NCBI GenBank assembly: GCA_017404385.1
Contig: JAFRCK010000023.1
Coordinates: 49,917-113,916, forward strand
DNA from: Bacilli bacterium
Lineage (GTDB): Bacteria; Bacillota_I; Bacilli_A; RF39; UBA660
Reading direction: 5' to 3'
DNA: 64,000 nt
Shown in pieces: positions 50,142 to 59,935 of the stretch. Position 1 is the stretch's first letter. Every line of letters begins with the position of its first letter. The notes beneath the pieces were generated by a model that saw nothing but the letters and a program-made list of their open reading frames with translations, did not search any database and had not been told where the DNA came from. Position numbers and translations under genes: made by a program.

Positions 50142-51695
50142 ATGTTAGAAATTAATTTTAATAATGTAAGAATAAACTATGGATTTGAAAATGTTTTAAA
50201 TAGTATTAGTTGTGATATCTATACTAATGATAAAATTGCTTTAGTAGGTGATAATGGCTCTGGGAAAAGTACTATTTTAAAACTTATTTCAGGTGATGAA
50301 AAATCAAATGATGGAACTATATCAATTAGAAATAATTCAAAAATAGGATATTTAAAACAAGAACTAGAAAAAGAAAATATAATTGTTAAAGATTATTTAT
50401 ATAAAAGTTTTAAAGAAATAAATATATTAAAAGGAGAATTATCTAAATTAGAAAAAAGGATGCAGGAACAAGCAAACGAAAAAACTATTCAAAGATATTG
50501 TGATTTGCAAGAAAAATATACCTCTTTAGGAGGATATGAATTAGATGAAAAGATAAATAAAATAGTTAATTATTTTGAAGTAGAGGATTTACTTCAAAAA
50601 AATATTAATGCACTATCCGGAGGAGAAAACAAGATAATAATGCTTATATCTATTCTCCTTGATAATCCGACTATTTTATTACTTGATGAGCCCACTAATC
50701 ATTTAGATCTAGATATGATTCAAAAACTAGAAGATTATTTAAAAAAAATAGATGTAACAATAGTATTTGTGTCACATGACAGATATTTCATAAATAAAAT
50801 ATCGTCTAAAGTAATATTAATTGAAAATACTCATATATATGAGTTTATTGGTAATTATGATAACTTTATATCTCAAAATGAGCAAAGAATAATAAAACAA
50901 GAAGAAGCATATAAAAACGAACAAAAGAAAATACATAAGATGGAAGAACAAATTAAACAATTAAAGTTTTGGGGTAATTTTGGTTCTGGTAATGAAATAT
51001 TTTCTAAAAGAGCTTTTTCTATAGAAAAAAGATTAAATAAAATGGAAAAACTAGAAAGACCAAAAGAAAAGACTAAAATTCCAGTTAAATTTAATATGGA
51101 AGATAGATCAGGCAAGGATGTAATTGTTTTAAAAGATTATTCAATTGATAATTTAATACTATCTAGTAATTTAGAAATATATTTTAAAGAAAAAGTGTGT
51201 TTAATGGGACCAAATGGAACAGGGAAAAGTACTATATTAAAAGATATTATTAATAATAATAGATTTGGATCTAATGTAGTATTTGGATATATTCCTCAAA
51301 ATATTATTTTTGAAGATGAAGAAATGACTATAATAGAATTACTTAGAAAAAAGAGTAATGATGAAGAACACATTTTAAGAAGTAAATTAACTAAATTTAA
51401 ATTTTATAAAGATAATATTAATAAAAAATTAAAACTTCTTTCTGGAGGGGAAAGAATAAGATTAAAACTATTCTTATTACTTCAAAATAATATTAATCTT
51501 ATTATCATGGATGAACCTACTAACCATATAGATATCGAAACAAAAGAAATACTTGAAGATGCTTTAATTAATTTTTCTGGGACGGTTTTATTCGTATCAC
51601 ATGATAGATATTTTATTAATAAAGTTGCTGATAAAATTATAAGTATTGAAAATAAAAAATTAGTTACTTATATAGGTAATTATGATAAAATATAA
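50142..51695 (+). CDS. ABC-F ATPase, ribosomal-protection-like
   Basis: Two NBDs (GDNGSGKS and GPNGTGKS; LSGGE twice; DEPTNH twice), no TM, inter-domain linker. Confidence 0.92.
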   Translation: MLEINFNNVRINYGFENVLNSISCDIYTNDKIALVGDNGSGKSTILKLISGDEKSNDGTISIRNNSKIGYLKQELEKENIIVKDYLYKSFKEINILKGELSKLEKRMQEQANEKTIQRYCDLQEKYTSLGGYELDEKINKIVNYFEVEDLLQKNINALSGGENKIIMLISILLDNPTILLLDEPTNHLDLDMIQKLEDYLKKIDVTIVFVSHDRYFINKISSKVILIENTHIYEFIGNYDNFISQNEQRIIKQEEAYKNEQKKIHKMEEQIKQLKFWGNFGSGNEIFSKRAFSIEKRLNKMEKLERPKEKTKIPVKFNMEDRSGKDVIVLKDYSIDNLILSSNLEIYFKEKVCLMGPNGTGKSTILKDIINNNRFGSNVVFGYIPQNIIFEDEEMTIIELLRKKSNDEEHILRSKLTKFKFYKDNINKKLKLLSGGERIRLKLFLLLQNNINLIIMDEPTNHIDIETKEILEDALINFSGTVLFVSHDRYFINKVADKIISIENKKLVTYIGNYDKI

Positions 51696-51707
51696 TTGGT
51701 GATATAA

Positions 51708-52193
51708 ATGATAGTTGATTATGAAGATAAATATCTTGAGAATGTTAAAGATTTACTTCTTGAACTTGAAGAATATATTGTATCAATTGATGAAGATCAT
51801 TTAGATAGAGTTCATCCTGATTATAGAGAAAGGATGGCTATAGTAGATTTAGAAGAAGTTAAAAATAATAATGGTAAATGTTATTTAGCTTTAGATAATG
51901 ATAAAGTAATAGGTCTTATTATGGGAATTGTTATTAAGTTTGATGAATATGACTATTTAGATTATAAATGTCCTAAAGAGGGAGAAATAACTGAGCTAAT
52001 AGTATCTAAGAATGCTAGATCTAAAGGAGTAGGAAATCTACTTATGAAAAAGATGGAAGAGTATTTTAAATCTATAGGATGTAAATATATTTTAGTAGAT
52101 GTATTTGCGTATAATGAAAATGCTATTAAGTTTTATGATAAAGAAGGATATCATAATAGAATGCATAGAGCAATCAAGAAACTAGGTGATTAG
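51708..52193 (+). CDS. GNAT acetyltransferase
   Basis: LIVSKNARSKGVG motif A; NENAIKFY..GY. Confidence 0.9.
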   Translation: MIVDYEDKYLENVKDLLLELEEYIVSIDEDHLDRVHPDYRERMAIVDLEEVKNNNGKCYLALDNDKVIGLIMGIVIKFDEYDYLDYKCPKEGEITELIVSKNARSKGVGNLLMKKMEEYFKSIGCKYILVDVFAYNENAIKFYDKEGYHNRMHRAIKKLGD

Positions 52194-52194
52194 A

Positions 52195-52740
52195 ATGATT
52201 AAAAGAAAAAGATTAAATGATGTTTATATGAGAGAGGTTACTAAAAGTAAAATAAAAACAGTTTTTAATAAAGAATTAAATTCATATATTACATATAAAC
52301 ATAGTATAGAAACTTCTAGTTCAGTTGGAATATACGTTAATGGTGAAAGAAAAATAATATTTGATAAAGGGTATTCAATAATTGAGTATTCACCATTAGA
52401 TGAAGAATATAATGTAAGAGTATATATAGATGATAAAGGTAATATATTACAATACTATTTTGATGTAATAGAAGGTATAGAATATACAGATGGAGAAGTT
52501 TATTATAACGATTTATATTTGGATATTTTATATCATGTTCCTTATTTTGCAGGTGTTTATTATATAGAACTTGCGGATGAAGGGGAATTTATTGATGCAC
52601 ACAATAAAGGTGAAATATCAGATGATTTATTTAATCACTGTTATGAAGTCGCTGAAAATATAATGAAAAGTATAAAAGAAAAAACAAATAAGTTTATTAA
52701 TAGAGGAACAAAAGACTATTTAGAAATGAAGGAGGAATAA
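52195..52740 (+). CDS. DUF402 family (nucleoside di/triphosphatase-like) protein
   Basis: QYYFDV, DLYLDI, LADEGEF. Confidence 0.8.
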   Translation: MIKRKRLNDVYMREVTKSKIKTVFNKELNSYITYKHSIETSSSVGIYVNGERKIIFDKGYSIIEYSPLDEEYNVRVYIDDKGNILQYYFDVIEGIEYTDGEVYYNDLYLDILYHVPYFAGVYYIELADEGEFIDAHNKGEISDDLFNHCYEVAENIMKSIKEKTNKFINRGTKDYLEMKEE

Positions 52741-52742
52741 AT

Positions 52743-52988
52743 ATGGATTTTGAAAAGGAAATTAATGAAATTAAAGCAAGAAATAAAAGAGTTGAAACAG
52801 ACAAAGCATGGGAAACAAGCTGGACTAGAAGAATATGTATTATGATATTAACTTATATAGTAGTTGTTATATATTCTTATGTTATTAAAGAATTTGATAA
52901 TATATATTTAAGTTCATTAGTACCCGTATTAGGTTTCACTCTATCAACTTTATCAATAAGAATAATTAGAAATATTTGGAAGAAATAG
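52743..52988 (+). CDS. Small two-TM hypothetical protein
   Basis: RNKRVETDKAWETSWTRR followed by two hydrophobic segments; AGGAGG RBS. Confidence 0.75.
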   Translation: MDFEKEINEIKARNKRVETDKAWETSWTRRICIMILTYIVVVIYSYVIKEFDNIYLSSLVPVLGFTLSTLSIRIIRNIWKK

Positions 52989-53007
52989 TATCGCTTGGAG
53001 GTATAAA

Positions 53008-53601
53008 ATGAAAGAAATAGAAGTATTAGTAGATTTTGATGATAGTAAAGAAAATGCATTAGATGTATTATCAAAGTTTGAATTTATAAAAGAAGTAGAT
53101 TTATATGATACATACTATGAAGATCCATTAAGAGATAATTTAAAACCAGAAAGTAATTTAAGAATTAATGAATTATTTAGAGTTAGAAGAATAGGTGATA
53201 AATGTCTAATAACTTATAAAAAAAATAATTTTGAAGGAAAAAGATGGGTTTATTCTGATGAATATGAAACTATGGCAGATGATTATAAAACAATTGAAAG
53301 AATTGTTAGTATGCTTGGATTAGAAGAACAAATAGTTGTTAATAATCAAAGAAGATATTATAAATATAATGATTATGAAATAACTCTAGATTGCGTAGAA
53401 GATTATGGTTGTTTCATAGAAGTTGAAAAAATGAGTGATGAAGAAGTTGATGTTAATAAGATAAAAGATGAAATAAGAGATTTTATTAATACACTTGGAC
53501 TAACTAATGTAAGAGAATTAAATGTTGGAAAAAATCAATTAATGCTTGCGAAGAAACTTGGTAGAACTGATATAAATTTATATGTTAAGGATGTTAAATA
53601 G
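53008..53601 (+). CDS. CYTH (class IV adenylate cyclase / triphosphate tunnel) protein
   Basis: KEIEV, DTYY, FRVR, ITYK, EYET, FIEVE. Confidence 0.85.
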   Translation: MKEIEVLVDFDDSKENALDVLSKFEFIKEVDLYDTYYEDPLRDNLKPESNLRINELFRVRRIGDKCLITYKKNNFEGKRWVYSDEYETMADDYKTIERIVSMLGLEEQIVVNNQRRYYKYNDYEITLDCVEDYGCFIEVEKMSDEEVDVNKIKDEIRDFINTLGLTNVRELNVGKNQLMLAKKLGRTDINLYVKDVK

Positions 53602-53762
53602 TGTTAATATTAAGTGAATTTTTAATTGTTAATCTTTTTGTTAAATTATTTGATTAAAATTATATTCAAAATAATAATTAAACATGTTCTTTACTAAGAT
53701 GTGTTGAAAAATAGGAGCAAAATCCTATTTTTTATTATAATTTATGTTAAAATGTTAATAGA

Positions 53763-53818
53763 GGTTGACAATTTTCCAAGTCAACTAGGTTGAACGCAAC
53801 CACTATTTTTTATAGAAT
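53763..53818 (+). promoter_or_regulatory. Promoter with inverted-repeat operator for the XRE/DUF4097 pair
   Basis: GGTTGAC-n10-GTCAACT and GGTTG-n4-CAACC overlapping TTGAAC(53790)-17 nt-TAGAAT(53813). Confidence 0.6.
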
Positions 53819-53841
53819 TGTAGTTGAAAGAGGTGATAATT

Positions 53842-54474
53842 ATGACAATCAATGAAAGATTGTATAATTTAAGAAAAGAAAAAGGTTTATCTCAAGAACA
53901 ATTAGCAAATGAACTAAATGTTTCAAGACAAACTGTGTCAAAATGGGAGACAGGAGAATCCACTCCAGATTTTGATAAAATAATTCCATTATGTGAATTT
54001 TATGGAATAACATCAGATGAATTATTATCAGGTAAAAAGGATATTGTAGAGGCAAAGAAAGAACAAGTGCATAATAATTTTGCTAGAAACATTGCTATTT
54101 CTGTAGGACTATATATATGTTCTTTAATAGCAATTATATTATTTGCAGCTGCATTTAATCAACCAATTATTGGAGTATGTTTATTCTTCTTTATAATAGC
54201 AATAGCAACTACAATTATTGTTTATTCTTCGATTACTTATTCTAAAAAGAAAAAAGAAACAGCTGTAAAAGAAGGAAAAAATACTAAAGATGAATCTATT
54301 AAATTAGTAACAGATATTATTGGAATAGTAGGATTAGTTGCTTATTTCATTATAAGTTTTGCTACTGGTGCTTGGTATATAACTTGGGTCATTTTCTTAA
54401 TCATAGGGCTATGTGATACCATAGCTAAGTTAGTTTATAGTATGAAGAACAAGGTGGAGGATAAAAATGAATAA
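53842..54474 (+). CDS. XRE-family HTH regulator with C-terminal TM helices
   Basis: LRKEKGLSQEQLANELNVSRQTVSKWETGESTP followed by 4 TMs. Confidence 0.92.
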   Translation: MTINERLYNLRKEKGLSQEQLANELNVSRQTVSKWETGESTPDFDKIIPLCEFYGITSDELLSGKKDIVEAKKEQVHNNFARNIAISVGLYICSLIAIILFAAAFNQPIIGVCLFFFIIAIATTIIVYSSITYSKKKKETAVKEGKNTKDESIKLVTDIIGIVGLVAYFIISFATGAWYITWVIFLIIGLCDTIAKLVYSMKNKVEDKNE

Positions 54475-55285
54475 TGCTTTAAAAATAATATTAATAATTT
54501 TTCTTTCTTTATTAGTTTTAGGATTAAGTATTTTCTTATTTTTGTTTATAAAGAATGGATATAGTTTTGACTTTTTAACTGCTGAAGCAAAATTGGTAGA
54601 ATCTAAAGAATTTGATAGTGTAAATAATCTTTATATAGAATCTAATACAGCTGATATATATTTAAAGAAAAGTGAAACTGGTAAAGTAAAAGTTGAATTA
54701 TTCTCAAATGATGTTAAAGAAAAGAAAATAGAAAATACATCTAATTCATTAAATGTTAAATTAAAAGATGGGTGCTGGTTATTTTGTTTCTTTAATAGAG
54801 ATAAAATTGTTGTATATTTACCTGAAAACTATGATAAGAATATAACAATTGATTCAAGTACTAGTGATGTGTTTTTTGAAGAAAACTATGATAATTCTGA
54901 TATTAATATTAAACTATCTACAGGTGATATAAATACTAAAAGAATAAATAATGCCAAAGTATCACTATCTACAGGAGATGTTAATATTGAATCTGTAAAT
55001 AGTATTGAATCTTCATCATCAACAGGAGATGTTAATATAAATAAAGTAAATAGTTATATGGATATAGAAACTTCCACAGGTGATATTTATATTAAAGAAG
55101 CTAATATAAATAAGAATTCAAATTTAAAAGCATCAACAGGTGATGTTGAAGTTAAAAAATTAAATAATGTATATATAGATGCTGATACATCAACAGGAGA
55201 TGTTAATGTTAAGAATAATAATAGAAAAAGTGATGTAGAATTAAAAGTAAGAACATCAACAGGTGATATAGATATTAATTATTAA
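54467..55285 (+). CDS. DUF4097 beta-strand repeat protein
   Basis: N-terminal anchor; seven STGD(I/V) repeats. Confidence 0.88.
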   Translation: MNNALKIILIIFLSLLVLGLSIFLFLFIKNGYSFDFLTAEAKLVESKEFDSVNNLYIESNTADIYLKKSETGKVKVELFSNDVKEKKIENTSNSLNVKLKDGCWLFCFFNRDKIVVYLPENYDKNITIDSSTSDVFFEENYDNSDINIKLSTGDINTKRINNAKVSLSTGDVNIESVNSIESSSSTGDVNINKVNSYMDIETSTGDIYIKEANINKNSNLKASTGDVEVKKLNNVYIDADTSTGDVNVKNNNRKSDVELKVRTSTGDIDINY

Positions 55286-55340
55286 GGGGTTACATTTGTA
55301 ATCTCTTTTTTTTATTATCATATAATTTAATGGTGATACT

Positions 55341-57248
55341 ATGTTTTTTAAAGATATACATTTTAGAATAAAGTTATTCTTTATAATAGTAGTATTTTGT
55401 TTTTTTATAATAATAGCTAGAATATTTTATTTACAGGTTTTTAAATATGATATTTTAAAGAAATTAGCTGATAATTTGTGGAGTAGAGAATTACCTATAG
55501 AAGGATCAAGAGGTATTATTTATGATAGAAATATGGATATATTAGCAAATAATCTAACAACAACTTCATTAGTTTTAATTCCAAATCAAATAAAAGATAA
55601 AGAATTAGCTACTAAAGAATTATCTAAAATATTAAATGTAAAAGAAGATGAAATGAAGAAACATGTTTATAAAAAAACTTCTATTGAAAGAGTTCATCCT
55701 GAAGGTAGAAAACTATCAAATGAAGTGGCTGATAAGATATCTAGTTTAAATATTGATGGTGTATATCTTGTTAAAGAAGCTAAAAGAACATATCCATATA
55801 ATGAGAATCTATCACATGTTCTTGGATATGTTGGAATTGATAATCAGGGTTTATCTGGCATCGAATTAAAATATGATAAATATTTAACTGGTAAAAGTGG
55901 TTCTATAAAGTATTTTAGTGACGCTAAGGGTAATAAATTAGATATGAGTGAAATATATCAGCAACCTACTGATGGTATGAATATAATGCTTACTATTAAT
56001 AATGACATACAAAAGTCTATTGAAAGAGAATTAGATAACGCTGTTAGTAAGTATAATCCAGAACACGCAATTGCTATAGCTATGGACCCTAATTCTGGTG
56101 AAATATTAGGAATGAGTTCTAGACCTAATTTTGATCCAAATAATTATAAAAATTATAGCACTGAAGAAATAAATAGAAATTTACCTATATGGATGAATTA
56201 TGAACCAGGGAGTACTTTTAAGATAATAACTCTAGCTGCTTCATTACAGGAAAAGACTATAGATTTATATAAAGATACTTTTTATGATGGAGGTTCTATA
56301 AGAGTAGAAGGTGCAAAAATAAAGTGTTGGAAAGATGGGGGACATGGTGCTGAAACATTTCTTCAAGTAGTAGAAAACTCTTGTAATCCAGGTTTCGTTG
56401 TTATGGGACAAAAACTTGGAAAAGAAAGGTTGTTTAAATACATAAATAATTTTGGTTTTGGTAAGACTACAGGTATAGATTTAAATGGAGAAGCAACAGG
56501 TATATTATTTTCACTTGATAAAGTTGGACCAGTAGAACTAGCGACAACTGCATTTGGGCAAGGAGTATCAGTTACACCAATACAACAAATAACAGCTGTT
56601 TCAGCCGCTATTAATGGAGGTAAATTATATAAACCATATATAGTAAAAAGTATATTAGAACCAGAAACTAATTCTACAATTAAGAATTATGGCCCAGTTT
56701 TAGTCAGAAAAGTTATAGATAATGAAACAAGTAAAGAAGTTAGAAATGCTTTAGAAAGTGTTGTTACAAATGGTACAGGTAGAAATGCATTTATTGATGG
56801 ATATAGAGTAGGAGGAAAAACAGGAACTGCACAAAAAGTAGATAATGGTGTGTATATGTCTGGTAATTATATTGTTTCATTTATTGGCTTTTTACCAGCA
56901 AATAATCCAAAAGTAGTTGTATATGTTGCTATAGATAATCCAAAAGGTGTTATTCAATATGGTGGTACTGTTGCTGCTCCTATAGCTAGAAATATATTAA
57001 TGGATACTATAGATGCATTAAATATACCTAAACCAGATGGAGCTAGTGAAAAAAATTATCAACCATGGGATGTTAGATATATAACAGTCCCAGATTTAGT
57101 CGGTAAAAACTATAATGATATTAGGTTCAGTTTAGAAGGTTTAACAATTGAATATAGTGGTTCTGGTAAAAAGATAATTTATCAATCACCAAGTGCTAAT
57201 ACAAGGGTAGTAGAGGGTAGTAAGATAAGGTTATTATTAGGGGAATAA
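55341..57248 (+). CDS. spoVD: Stage V sporulation protein D (cortex PBP)
   Basis: WSRELP..SRGIIYDRN, HPEGRK, EPGSTFK, NSCNPGF, VELATTAFGQG, GKTGTAQK, PASTA domain. Confidence 0.9.
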   Translation: MFFKDIHFRIKLFFIIVVFCFFIIIARIFYLQVFKYDILKKLADNLWSRELPIEGSRGIIYDRNMDILANNLTTTSLVLIPNQIKDKELATKELSKILNVKEDEMKKHVYKKTSIERVHPEGRKLSNEVADKISSLNIDGVYLVKEAKRTYPYNENLSHVLGYVGIDNQGLSGIELKYDKYLTGKSGSIKYFSDAKGNKLDMSEIYQQPTDGMNIMLTINNDIQKSIERELDNAVSKYNPEHAIAIAMDPNSGEILGMSSRPNFDPNNYKNYSTEEINRNLPIWMNYEPGSTFKIITLAASLQEKTIDLYKDTFYDGGSIRVEGAKIKCWKDGGHGAETFLQVVENSCNPGFVVMGQKLGKERLFKYINNFGFGKTTGIDLNGEATGILFSLDKVGPVELATTAFGQGVSVTPIQQITAVSAAINGGKLYKPYIVKSILEPETNSTIKNYGPVLVRKVIDNETSKEVRNALESVVTNGTGRNAFIDGYRVGGKTGTAQKVDNGVYMSGNYIVSFIGFLPANNPKVVVYVAIDNPKGVIQYGGTVAAPIARNILMDTIDALNIPKPDGASEKNYQPWDVRYITVPDLVGKNYNDIRFSLEGLTIEYSGSGKKIIYQSPSANTRVVEGSKIRLLLGE

Positions 57249-57266
57249 AAAAGTTGCTTACGCAAC

Positions 57267-58682
57267 TTATTTTATCCAATAGTTTGTTAAATTTCCATCT
57301 TCACCATAAAATTCATTCATGTCTACTTGCCAGTAAAAATATCTTAATAAATCTTTAGTACTATATTTTCTTATTACTGCACCAACATATCCAGTACCCC
57401 ACCATAGTTCCTCAGAAACATAAATATCATCACCATTTATTCCAGCAACCATAGCTATATGACCACCATTTATTGGCTCTATATCTGGTACACCATCACC
57501 GCTCAATAAATCTCCAGGTTTAAGTGTATTTTTAACAACATCTTCTGTTAAATGTATTTTTTCACCTAGATCGGTCATATCTTCTACTCCAGGGGAAACT
57601 CCAGCACCTAAATCTCCAGGGGAGTAACCAGCTTGTTTAATAATCCAAGTAATAAATCCACTACAATCTAATCCATTTCTTATTTCCTTTTCAGCAGGTA
57701 CTGAATGTATATAGCATCCCCAAACCCCAGGTCCATGCATAGAATTTGTTAATACGCTATATCTTGATTTATTTAAATATAGACCTTCATGATAATATCT
57801 TCCTTCACCATCTACCCCAGGGTAGCGTCCGTTTTCAGAAAAATAGTTTATTATATAAGGAAATTCTAATCCTATGAATCTAGCAGCCGCTACTGCGCCA
57901 GCTCTTGTCTTATAACCTGCTTCAGTAACTCTAAATTTTAAAATTTCATCTAATTCATCATTTTCTTCTTTTGAATATATATCACAAGTCAAATAATCTT
58001 TATCAAAATTAAAATCAGGAGCAACAGGTATTATTAAATTACTAACTTTAACATTAATTTTTTCTTCTTTATCTTTAAATTTTACATGAATAGTTGTTTC
58101 ACCAGCACTTATTCCTGTCACAGTACCATCTTCAGATACAGTAGCTATATCATTATTATCAGATATAAATTCAACTTGAGTTTCCATTTTCCCTTTAATA
58201 ACTAGTCCATAATCAATTTTATCTTGGGCATTAACAGCTAAAATCATCTTTTCTTTATTAACTTTAAACTCTTCTATATAACTATAATCAACTTTTAAAT
58301 CTTTCTCAATAATATTGTCATTTATATCTTTTAAATAAATTTTGTCTAATATATAAGTATCAACAAATTCACATATATTTTTATTACTATTAATCCAATC
58401 TACTTTATCAAGAGAGCAAGAACCCTTTTGATTTAGTTTGACTATAATATTATTTGAATTTTCTTTCTTCTTAATTTCTACTATATTTATTTCTTCTTTA
58501 TTTTTAGTAAAATCTTTATCTGTAAAAATTAAAATTAATAACATAAATATTATTGAAAGTAAGAATAAAAGAGTGAATGAATATAAGATCCTTTTAATTC
58601 TTAATTTTCTTTTATTTGCTTTTATATGAGCTTTCTTAGTTGCTGCAGTATTTGTTTTTTTCTTTACTTCATTCTTTGGCAT
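57267..58682 (-). CDS. Membrane-anchored NlpC/P60-like peptidoglycan hydrolase with Big_2 domain
   Basis: GLDCSGFITW, LKPGDLL, GHIAM; Ig-like ATVSEDGTVTGISAGETTI. Confidence 0.8.
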   Translation of the reverse strand: MPKNEVKKKTNTAATKKAHIKANKRKLRIKRILYSFTLLFLLSIIFMLLILIFTDKDFTKNKEEINIVEIKKKENSNNIIVKLNQKGSCSLDKVDWINSNKNICEFVDTYILDKIYLKDINDNIIEKDLKVDYSYIEEFKVNKEKMILAVNAQDKIDYGLVIKGKMETQVEFISDNNDIATVSEDGTVTGISAGETTIHVKFKDKEEKINVKVSNLIIPVAPDFNFDKDYLTCDIYSKEENDELDEILKFRVTEAGYKTRAGAVAAARFIGLEFPYIINYFSENGRYPGVDGEGRYYHEGLYLNKSRYSVLTNSMHGPGVWGCYIHSVPAEKEIRNGLDCSGFITWIIKQAGYSPGDLGAGVSPGVEDMTDLGEKIHLTEDVVKNTLKPGDLLSGDGVPDIEPINGGHIAMVAGINGDDIYVSEELWWGTGYVGAVIRKYSTKDLLRYFYWQVDMNEFYGEDGNLTNYWIK

Positions 58683-58885
58683 ATAATCACCTTCGCATCT
58701 ATACTAATTTCATTATAACATATTATAAAAAAAGAATATTAAAAAATTTAATTTTGAATATATTTTAATATAAAAAAGGTAAAAAGGTGATACATATGTT
58801 AAAATTTGTAAATTTTTGTAATTTTTTATATGTAAACAAAAATAGGTATGATATAATTGTTAGTAGCGTGAAGGATGTGACATTA

Positions 58886-59878
58886 ATGTATGTATTAGCA
58901 AAATCAGCTTTAGCTATAATGATAGGGTTTATAGTTGCTACTGTTTTTGGTGTATTCTTCGTTCCTTTTATGAAAAAAATGAAAGCTAAACAAGTTACAA
59001 GTAAGTATGTGGAGGCTCATAAAAGTAAAAGTGGAACACCAACTATGGGAGGATTAATTTTCTATATTTCTACAATAATTACAATAGTAGCTCTAGTTCT
59101 AACTAAAAAAATGGTGATATCAAATAATTTACTTATACTATTATTTGTATTCTTTGGATATGGAGTTATCGGTATTATAGATGATATAATGAAAATCAAA
59201 TATAAATCTAATGAAAAAGGATTAACAAGATTACAAAAATTGGTTGGTCAAATAATTATTGCCATTATATTTTTCTATTTATATATTAAGGATGGTTCAT
59301 CACCAACTATTGAAATAGCAGCATTAAATATTAAATTTGATCTAGGATTTGCATATGGCTTCTTTATCTTATTTATGTTAGTAGGTACAAGTAATGCGGT
59401 TAATTTAACTGATGGCTTAGATGGATTAGCAGGAGGATTATCTTTAATTGCATTCTTAGTTTATGGTATGATTGCTTGGAATTCACCATACTTAACAGGA
59501 AGCACTGATATAGCATTATTCTGCTTTATTTTAGTTGGTGGATTACTTGGATTCTTAGTATTTAATGCACACCCAGCAAAAATATTTATGGGTGATACAG
59601 GTTCATTGGCATTAGGGGGAGCGTTAGCTACAGTTGCTATATTAACACATAGAGAATTATCATTAGTTGTTATTGGTGGAGTATTTGTAATTGAAACATT
59701 GTCTGTTATTTTGCAAGTTCTATCAGTTAAATTAAGAGGAAAAAGATTATTTCCAATGACACCAATACATCATACATTTGAAAAAATAGGTTGGTCAGAA
59801 ACTGATATAGTTAGATTATTCTATGTAGTTGGCTTTATATTAGGTGCTGGTGCCATAGTATATGGAGTGTGGGTATAA
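58886..59878 (+). CDS. mraY: Phospho-N-acetylmuramoyl-pentapeptide transferase
   Basis: KSGTPTMGG, NAVNLTDGLDGL, FMGDTGS, PIHHTFE. Confidence 0.97.
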   Translation: MYVLAKSALAIMIGFIVATVFGVFFVPFMKKMKAKQVTSKYVEAHKSKSGTPTMGGLIFYISTIITIVALVLTKKMVISNNLLILLFVFFGYGVIGIIDDIMKIKYKSNEKGLTRLQKLVGQIIIAIIFFYLYIKDGSSPTIEIAALNIKFDLGFAYGFFILFMLVGTSNAVNLTDGLDGLAGGLSLIAFLVYGMIAWNSPYLTGSTDIALFCFILVGGLLGFLVFNAHPAKIFMGDTGSLALGGALATVAILTHRELSLVVIGGVFVIETLSVILQVLSVKLRGKRLFPMTPIHHTFEKIGWSETDIVRLFYVVGFILGAGAIVYGVWV

Positions 59879-59935
59879 AGTAAATAGAAATATTTACTTT
59901 TTTGTTTTTTATGATATAATTTTTGTAAGGTAGGG

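Noticed and set aside
53725-53755. TTATGTTAAA as a dif site
   Set aside because: There is no matching XerC arm at 6-nt spacing, and gene orientation does not switch; it reads better as an extended -10.
1511-58629. Short antisense or out-of-frame ORFs in the track (e.g. 2526, 5582, 20962, 39880, 42532, 46850)
   Set aside because: They are shadows of well-supported genes, with F/S/L/I-rich composition and no RBS.
58787-58885. N-terminal extension of MraY from an upstream in-frame start
   Set aside because: An AGGTGAT-ATG exists at 58796, but a TG-ATATAAT promoter and an AAGGA RBS support ATG 58886, and the extension is not MraY-like.
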